From a virus, in IMG/VR virus record IMGVR_UViG_3300032242_000550, positions 64,001-128,000 of that record: a stretch of DNA of 64,000 nucleotides. One strand, given 5' to 3'. Positions 57,526 through 64,000 of the stretch are shown here, piece after piece (position 1 is the stretch's first letter; every line of letters begins with the position of its first letter). The notes under the pieces were generated by a model, which saw nothing but the letters and a program-made list of their open reading frames with translations, had not been told where the DNA came from and searched no databases. The position numbers were made by a program, and so were the translations under genes.

Positions 57526-60500
57526 GTATAAGCTCAGTAACTAATGACCTTACAACTAGAGTAAGTGTTATCAATGCATTAAAACCTTTACCTCCAACTA
57601 TATCAGGTTATAGTGTGGCTGGTAAAGATGACTTAGCATTAGATCCTGCAGGTGGACAGACAGTACAAATTAATGGCACTGGATTTTTAGTAGGAGCAAC
57701 AATTACATTTGATGGTAGTGCAGTAGCGATAGTTACATTTGTCAATGCAAATCAGTTGACATTTACCAGCCCTGCAAAAAGTGCAGGCACATATACAATA
57801 TATGTAGTAAATCCAGATGGCGGTACTGCGATTTATGTACCTGGCATTGTCTATAGTTTATTACCAACTTGGTCAACAAGTGCAGGAAGTTTGGGTAGTT
57901 ATTATGAGACAACAAGTATCTCTAATACTGTTGTAGCAACCGGTGATGCACCAATAACTTATTCATTATTTTCTGGTAGTTTACCAACTGGCGCTACATT
58001 ATCTTCGGGCGGTGTAATTTCAGGTACAGCTCCAGTTGATAGCGGTAGTACAACATATTCATTTACGATACAAGCAAGTGATGCTCAATTGCAAGATAGT
58101 ACAAGAAGTTTTAGTTTAACGATTAATACTGATGTTGTTACTTGGGTTAGTCCAGCAAATAATACAACATATAGTAGTGCCGCAAATGCTGCTATAGCTA
58201 ATGTAACATTAAGTGCGACTGATGCCGCTGGTTATAGTGTTAGTTATAGTGCAAATGCATTGCCAACTGGGTTAAGCTTAAGTGGTGCAAACATATCAGG
58301 TACACCAACTGTGGTTGCTGATAGTAGTACATTATTAACTGCTACGGCTGCAACAACAAATCGTACTAGTACAAGAACTATCAATTGGAGTATTACTGTA
58401 GCTAATGATACTTATTGGAAATATAATACATTATTGATACCCGGTGCAAGTACAACTTTTGTAGATGATGCTAGTACAAACAACTTTGGGTTGACCATTA
58501 ACGGTGACACAAGACCTTACAATTTCAATCCTTACACACCAGGTTATTATAGCAATTACTTCAACGGATCCAGTGCTATATCTATACCAACCACACAAAT
58601 TACCACAGGATCATTTACTACTGAATGTTGGTTTTATCGTACAACGGATCCTGCAAATTATAATATTATATTCGGCGGTGAGAATGTTGGTGCAGGCGGG
58701 ACTATCAACACACAACTCTATGTCAAACCCACAGGTGCAGTTGGTTTTGTAATAAATGCGGCTAACGCAACTTCCGAGAGTTCTGCTGGTGTAGTTCCTA
58801 CTGGGCAATGGTCACATGTTGTATGGGTAAGATCAGGCACAACTTGTGCAATATTTGTAAATGGTACCAGAGTAACGGCTGGCACTAGTAGCGGCACACT
58901 TAATATTAAAATGATAGGAGCCGGCGGCGATGGCGCCGGCGGCGCATTTGGAGCAGGATATAATAGTATTGGGTATATTTCTAATGCTAGAATAACAACT
59001 ACTGCGGTGTATGATCCTACACTGACAACGCTTGCTGTACCTACTGCACCATTAACTGCAATCACAGGCACAACAATTCTCACTTGTCAAAGTAATCGTT
59101 TTGTTGATAACAGTACAAATGCATATGCATTGACAATAATTGGTTCACCTCAGGTACAATCATTCCAACCCTTCACGCCAAACAATAGTTATAGTACTTA
59201 TGGTAGTGGATACTTTGATGGTAGTGGGGATAGTCTGTCGTTGAGTCAGCAAACTGCATTATCTTTTGGAACAGGAGATTTTACAGTTGAATCATGGGTA
59301 TATCCTACTGCTAATCCAGTGTCTTATTGGTCAATTATAGATGCAAGAGGATCAGCCACTGCTGTTCCGTGGGCAGCCGGCCTACGATTAATATCTAGCA
59401 ATTTGAAATTAGAGTTTTATAATGGCACACAAATACAAGGTTCTATTACTGTTCCCTTAAACACTTGGACGCATATTGCATACACACGATCTGGTACTAC
59501 ATTTAAGGGGTTTGTAAATGGGGTCGTAGATATTAACACTACAATGTCTACAAATCTTAATATTGCCGCAGGAACACAATATATTGGTGCAATAGTAGAC
59601 CCAACCTACAATACAGGTTACATATCCGATGTACGAATAGTCAAAGGCACAGCAGTCTATACCTCAGCATTTACCCCACCTACAGCACCACTAACCGCAA
59701 TCACTAACACTCAATTATTAACATTACAAAACAATCAATCAGTAAACAATAACATATTCTTAGATAACAGTAGTAATAACTTTTTAGTAACAAGATATGG
59801 TAATACTACTCAAGGTACATTTAGTCCTTATGGTGGTAACTGGAGTAACTACTTTAATGGTAGCAGTTACTTAAGTGCAGGAACAACTGCTTCTAATTTT
59901 CTTTGTACTGGATCAGCTACCGGAATCACTGCAACATTTGAAGCGTGGGTATATCCAACAGCATATAGCACAGGTGCATCTGCTTGGATGTTTTCCCCAA
60001 TACATGCCAAAGGAGCAACATACTTTAATTTTGGTGTTCGTAATGGTGCGGTGCGCTTTTATTGGTATGACGGAACCTATAAAAATGTAGACTCTACCTC
60101 TACTAGTGATGTTCCACTTAATACGTGGACTCATATTGCACTAACAATTAGTGCTAGCACAATTAAAATTTATGTTAACGGCGTATTGAATGTAACTTCT
60201 GCAACTTATACTGGTGTAGCTGCTGCTGGTGCCAACCAAACAGAACAAATTGGTTTTGAAGGTAACCAACCAACATATTTTTCTGGATATATTTCTAACT
60301 ATCGTTTAAATAGTACAGTAGTTTATTCAGCGGCATTCACCCCGAGTACTACACCGTTAACTGCCATATCAGGTACAAGCTTATTAACTTGTCAATCAAA
60401 TAGTTTCATATATAATAACACAATTCCTTTAACTGTGACAGGCACGCCGACAGTACAGCGTTTTAGTCCATTCCATCCATCATCAGTAACATCCACAAGT

Positions 60501-62306
60501 TATAGTGGTTATTTTGATGGCAGTGGGGATTATTTAACTCTACCTGATAATACGGCTTTAGAACCGAGTTCAAGTAATTTAACTTGGGAAATGTGGATTA
60601 ATACTATTAACTCAACTCAATATGCTACTTTATACAGTAGAACACCGGCTGCGTTTGCCACAGGTATGTGGTCTTTCATGATGAATTGGTCTTCATCTAC
60701 TGCCGGCGATGTTGCGGTATACTTTGCTGATTATAGTCTGTCATCACCTCTTGTGACTACCACCGGTGTAAGTATTCGTGATGGCGCATGGCACCATATT
60801 GCACTTGTTAGAAATGGCAGTGCTTGGACTATTTATATAGACGGTACCTCTAGAGGAACCGGAACTTGGGCAGGTACAATAGCAGATATAGCGTATGGTC
60901 CATATATAGGTGCAGATCAAAATTACGGAAGAGCATACCTAGGTTACATATCAAATTTACGTATAGTAAAAGGAACTGCAGTATATACAAGTAACTTTAC
61001 ACCAAGTACTACACCATTAACCGCGATTGCAAATACAAGTTTGTTAACATTACAATCAACTACATTTATTGATAACAGCACAAACAACTTTACGATTACT
61101 GCTGTTGGTGATAGTAAACCGTCAATACAAAATCCGTTTGGTTACACTAGTGCTCTAACAACTGGTTATAGTACTAGTACAATAGGTGGCAGTGGATACT
61201 TTGATGGCTCTGGGGATTATTTAACTGTACCTAGTAGTTCTATATTTCAAATAACTGGTAACGTTACGATAGAAGCGTATGTTTATGCAACAGCTATCAA
61301 TACATATCAAAACATATTATCACAATATCTAAATAGTACAAATGCATTTGCTTGTGGTTATAACTCCGCATCTGGTTGGTATTTTAACTATCGTAACAAC
61401 GCCGCAGAAGTTACCAATTACCGAGCTGGCACCTCTCCGTTAAATGCCTGGACTCATGTTGCATTTGTAAAATCTAGCACAACAATGACAGTATATATCA
61501 ACGGAACAGCACTAGCTTCTACTATCACAGTTCCTGATTTACCACAATTTGCGGCTTCACTGTATGTTGGCTTGTGGGCTGGTGCAAGTGACTCACCTTG
61601 GGTTGGTTATATATCTGATTTACGAATGATTAAAGGTGCAGTCTACACTAGTAACTTTGTACCACCCTCAGCTCCACTAACCGCAATACAAAATAGTAGT
61701 CTGTTACTCAATATGGTTGGAGCTGGCGTCTACGATGCCGCAATGATGAATAACATGGAAACTGTTGGTGATGCAAAACTAAGTACAGCAGTAAGTAAGT
61801 TTGGCGGAAGTAGTATGGCGTTTGATGGTACTGGCGATTGGTTATTACTACCTGCTAGTACAACGCTAGCATTGGGTTCTGGTGATTTCACTGTAGAAAT
61901 GTGGATGTATCCAAATCTAACATATGGTTCAACCTATGCTGGTTTATTAGATTCCAGAACAAGCGGAGATGGCGCCGGATTAGTTTATTTTGGCTATACG
62001 GGAACTGCAAACCAAATTGGTTGGAAAGACAATACAACAAATGTGGTTACCGGAACTGTTACTCAAAGTACTTGGAATCACGTAGCAGTTGTAAGGTCAA
62101 GTGGTACAATGAAATTGTATATAAACGGGACATCAGTTAGTACTGGATCTAATTCTACAAATTATACAGTTTCTTTCAAATATATTGCTACTTCTTTTGA
62201 TCCATTCTCATTCAACGGTTACATAGACGACCTAAGAATAACAAAAGGTTATGCACGATACACGGCTAACTTCACACCACCAACAAGTGCATTTCTGATA
62301 TATTAA
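57522..62306 (+). CDS. Multi-domain adhesin: IPT/Ig-like domains plus six LamG/ConA-like lectin domains
   Basis: GGQTVQINGTGF, GSLPTGATLSS.G.ISGT, LPTGLSLSG.ISGTP; six (Y/A)F(D/N)G...T.E.W...W.H.A..R...Y.NG...GYIS..RI blocks. Confidence 0.8.
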   Translation: MSISSVTNDLTTRVSVINALKPLPPTISGYSVAGKDDLALDPAGGQTVQINGTGFLVGATITFDGSAVAIVTFVNANQLTFTSPAKSAGTYTIYVVNPDGGTAIYVPGIVYSLLPTWSTSAGSLGSYYETTSISNTVVATGDAPITYSLFSGSLPTGATLSSGGVISGTAPVDSGSTTYSFTIQASDAQLQDSTRSFSLTINTDVVTWVSPANNTTYSSAANAAIANVTLSATDAAGYSVSYSANALPTGLSLSGANISGTPTVVADSSTLLTATAATTNRTSTRTINWSITVANDTYWKYNTLLIPGASTTFVDDASTNNFGLTINGDTRPYNFNPYTPGYYSNYFNGSSAISIPTTQITTGSFTTECWFYRTTDPANYNIIFGGENVGAGGTINTQLYVKPTGAVGFVINAANATSESSAGVVPTGQWSHVVWVRSGTTCAIFVNGTRVTAGTSSGTLNIKMIGAGGDGAGGAFGAGYNSIGYISNARITTTAVYDPTLTTLAVPTAPLTAITGTTILTCQSNRFVDNSTNAYALTIIGSPQVQSFQPFTPNNSYSTYGSGYFDGSGDSLSLSQQTALSFGTGDFTVESWVYPTANPVSYWSIIDARGSATAVPWAAGLRLISSNLKLEFYNGTQIQGSITVPLNTWTHIAYTRSGTTFKGFVNGVVDINTTMSTNLNIAAGTQYIGAIVDPTYNTGYISDVRIVKGTAVYTSAFTPPTAPLTAITNTQLLTLQNNQSVNNNIFLDNSSNNFLVTRYGNTTQGTFSPYGGNWSNYFNGSSYLSAGTTASNFLCTGSATGITATFEAWVYPTAYSTGASAWMFSPIHAKGATYFNFGVRNGAVRFYWYDGTYKNVDSTSTSDVPLNTWTHIALTISASTIKIYVNGVLNVTSATYTGVAAAGANQTEQIGFEGNQPTYFSGYISNYRLNSTVVYSAAFTPSTTPLTAISGTSLLTCQSNSFIYNNTIPLTVTGTPTVQRFSPFHPSSVTSTSYSGYFDGSGDYLTLPDNTALEPSSSNLTWEMWINTINSTQYATLYSRTPAAFATGMWSFMMNWSSSTAGDVAVYFADYSLSSPLVTTTGVSIRDGAWHHIALVRNGSAWTIYIDGTSRGTGTWAGTIADIAYGPYIGADQNYGRAYLGYISNLRIVKGTAVYTSNFTPSTTPLTAIANTSLLTLQSTTFIDNSTNNFTITAVGDSKPSIQNPFGYTSALTTGYSTSTIGGSGYFDGSGDYLTVPSSSIFQITGNVTIEAYVYATAINTYQNILSQYLNSTNAFACGYNSASGWYFNYRNNAAEVTNYRAGTSPLNAWTHVAFVKSSTTMTVYINGTALASTITVPDLPQFAASLYVGLWAGASDSPWVGYISDLRMIKGAVYTSNFVPPSAPLTAIQNSSLLLNMVGAGVYDAAMMNNMETVGDAKLSTAVSKFGGSSMAFDGTGDWLLLPASTTLALGSGDFTVEMWMYPNLTYGSTYAGLLDSRTSGDGAGLVYFGYTGTANQIGWKDNTTNVVTGTVTQSTWNHVAVVRSSGTMKLYINGTSVSTGSNSTNYTVSFKYIATSFDPFSFNGYIDDLRITKGYARYTANFTPPTSAFLIY

Positions 62307-62380
62307 TGTAATATGTGTTATGGTTACGCTACTAAATAGAATACAGGATTACAAATGGCATTAACATTTTAAGGAAAATT

Positions 62381-63322
62381 ATGGCAATATTAAGTGGATT
62401 AACAATATCAGGCGGTGGGATAACTATTCAAGGCGCCAGTGGCGGTGGAGGAGGTGGTACACAAAAAGCTATCTTTGGATATGGATCTACTGCTGGAGGA
62501 TATCAATCCATAACCAATCTAGTGAGCAACACTGGTGTTGTTGCCGCAGATACCACAGGTGTTGGCACTATCAGATCCTCTTTGGCAGCCGCCGGCTATG
62601 GCGGTGACAAAGCTATATTTGGTTATGGCACCGGTGCCGGAGGTTCAAAATCAGTGACCAATTTGGTATCAAACACTGGTGTAGTGGCCACAGATACCGC
62701 CGGTGTTGGCACGGCTAGACCTTATCTAGCAGCCGCCGGATACGGCACTGATAAAGCCATATTTGGTTATGGATTGGCAGCAGGCGCGTCAGCATTAACC
62801 AACTTAGCATCAAATACAGGTGTAGTTGCCACAGATACAGCAGGTGTGGGTACTGCGAGATATGGATTAGCAGCCGCTGGTTATGGCACAGACAAAGCCA
62901 TATTTGGATATGGAACTAGTAGTAGTGATACATCAATAACCAATCTAGTAAGTAACACAGGGGTCGTAGCCACAGATACAACTGGTGTTGGCACCGCTAG
63001 GTCCTTTCTAGCAGCCACAGGCTATGGAGGTGACAAAGCCATATTTGGTTATGGAGTTACTACTCCGATACTTTCAATGACCAATCTAGTATCAAACACA
63101 GGTGTAGTAGCCACAAATACCACCGGTGTAGGAACTGCTAGATATAATCTTGCAGCCGCTGTTTATGGAGGTGATAAAGCCATATTTGGATATGGAAATG
63201 ATGGTTCACCGTATTCAGCAGTAACTAACTTAGTGAGTAATACAGGTGTTGTAGCCACAGATACCGCCGGTGTTGGCACTGCTAGACAGGCAGTAGCAGC
63301 CGCAGGGTATTCACTAAATTAA
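62381..63322 (+). CDS. Six-repeat Kelch-like beta-propeller protein, paralogue 6
   Basis: Same repeat x6; poly-Gly linker instead of PPP. Confidence 0.7.
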   Translation: MAILSGLTISGGGITIQGASGGGGGGTQKAIFGYGSTAGGYQSITNLVSNTGVVAADTTGVGTIRSSLAAAGYGGDKAIFGYGTGAGGSKSVTNLVSNTGVVATDTAGVGTARPYLAAAGYGTDKAIFGYGLAAGASALTNLASNTGVVATDTAGVGTARYGLAAAGYGTDKAIFGYGTSSSDTSITNLVSNTGVVATDTTGVGTARSFLAATGYGGDKAIFGYGVTTPILSMTNLVSNTGVVATNTTGVGTARYNLAAAVYGGDKAIFGYGNDGSPYSAVTNLVSNTGVVATDTAGVGTARQAVAAAGYSLN

Positions 63323-63340
63323 ATTAAAGGAAAATAAACA

Positions 63341-63697
63341 ATGAGTCATTTTGCACAAATAGATGAAAATAACATAGTAACACAAGTTATTGTGGTAGAA
63401 CAAGATGTATTAGATACAGGATTGTTTGGTGATCCAAATTCATGGATTCAAACTAGCTATAATACAAGCGGAGGTGTACATCGCTTAGGTGGCACACCAT
63501 TACGTAAAAACTATGCTGGTATTGGCTATACTTATGATAGTACTAAAGATGCATTTATACCACCAAAACCATATAATTCATGGATATTAAATGAAGATAC
63601 TTGCTTGTATGAAGCACCTACAGTAATGCCAGATGATGGTAAACAATATACATGGGATGAAGATACAACATCTTGGGTAGAAATAGTATTACCATAG
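63341..63697 (+). CDS. Small partner / putative fibre assembly protein (MSHFAQIDENN family)
   Basis: Highly similar to 39485..39847. Confidence 0.7.
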   Translation: MSHFAQIDENNIVTQVIVVEQDVLDTGLFGDPNSWIQTSYNTSGGVHRLGGTPLRKNYAGIGYTYDSTKDAFIPPKPYNSWILNEDTCLYEAPTVMPDDGKQYTWDEDTTSWVEIVLP

Positions 63698-63779
63698 TAA
63701 CTCATAGCGTTCAAATTGGATTAAATACATATGTGTGATTAAAAATTTAATCTGGGCACAATAATAAGAGAATCAATAC

Positions 63780-64000
63780 ATGGCAATTACAAAGTTACAA
63801 CCGTTCAATTTAGATGCAACCGCTAATTATACCTTTGCCAATGTAACCGCAGGTAATGTTAATGGTGCTAATTTGGTCAGTGCCAACTATGTTACAGGTA
63901 CATTAACAACAGCTACACAGCCTAATATTACTAGCACAGGTACATTAGTCAATCTAACTGTTTCTGGCAATACAGCCTTTAGTGGAGCTAATGTAACTTT
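63780..64000 (+). CDS. Start of another fibre-like protein, runs off window end
   Basis: MAITKLQPFNLDATANYTFANVTAGNVNGANLVSANYVTGTLTTATQPNITSTGTL... Confidence 0.75.
   Translation, partial: MAITKLQPFNLDATANYTFANVTAGNVNGANLVSANYVTGTLTTATQPNITSTGTLVNLTVSGNTAFSGANVT

Noticed and set aside
40539-59083. Many short minus-strand ORFs (Pro/Val/Leu-rich)
   Set aside because: Antisense shadows of the repetitive fibre genes caused by codon bias.
1-64000. Stop-codon reassignment
   Set aside because: Core genes are full length in the standard code, and TAA, TGA and TAG all end plausible genes.

Overview
A 64-kb, AT-rich segment of a large T4-like myovirus genome in the standard genetic code. Left arm (minus strand): baseplate module (large wedge protein, gp6-, gp25-, gp5-, gp27-, gp53- and gp54/48-like). 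Next comes a late-sigma/recombination block (gp55, gp47, gp46, Holliday-junction resolvase) with two free-standing GIY-YIG endonucleases, then a ~500-nt non-coding, densely base-paired region. A gp26-like chaperone with an apparent programmed -1 frameshift into a gp51-like tail lies head-to-head with a tape-measure-like protein carrying an M15 peptidase domain. The head module follows (gp20 portal, core proteins, gp21, gp22, gp23), with an HNH endonuclease after a synonymously recoded gp23 3' end. The right half is an adhesin/fibre region: six paralogous six-bladed Kelch-like propeller genes with constant frameworks and variable loops, a glycine-rich adhesin sharing their N-terminal leader, small partner proteins, three giant Asn/Gly/Thr-rich fibres, a beta-helix protein and a six-LamG lectin-like protein. 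Most notable: (1) an unrecognised ornate RNA followed by an AT-rich tract and ssDNA-type GNA hairpins (candidate RNA-primed origin); (2) the propeller repertoire and plug-and-socket terminal motifs among fibre genes; (3) the gp26/gp51 frameshift; (4) homing-endonuclease footprints. All product calls come from motif recognition by eye; no database search was run.
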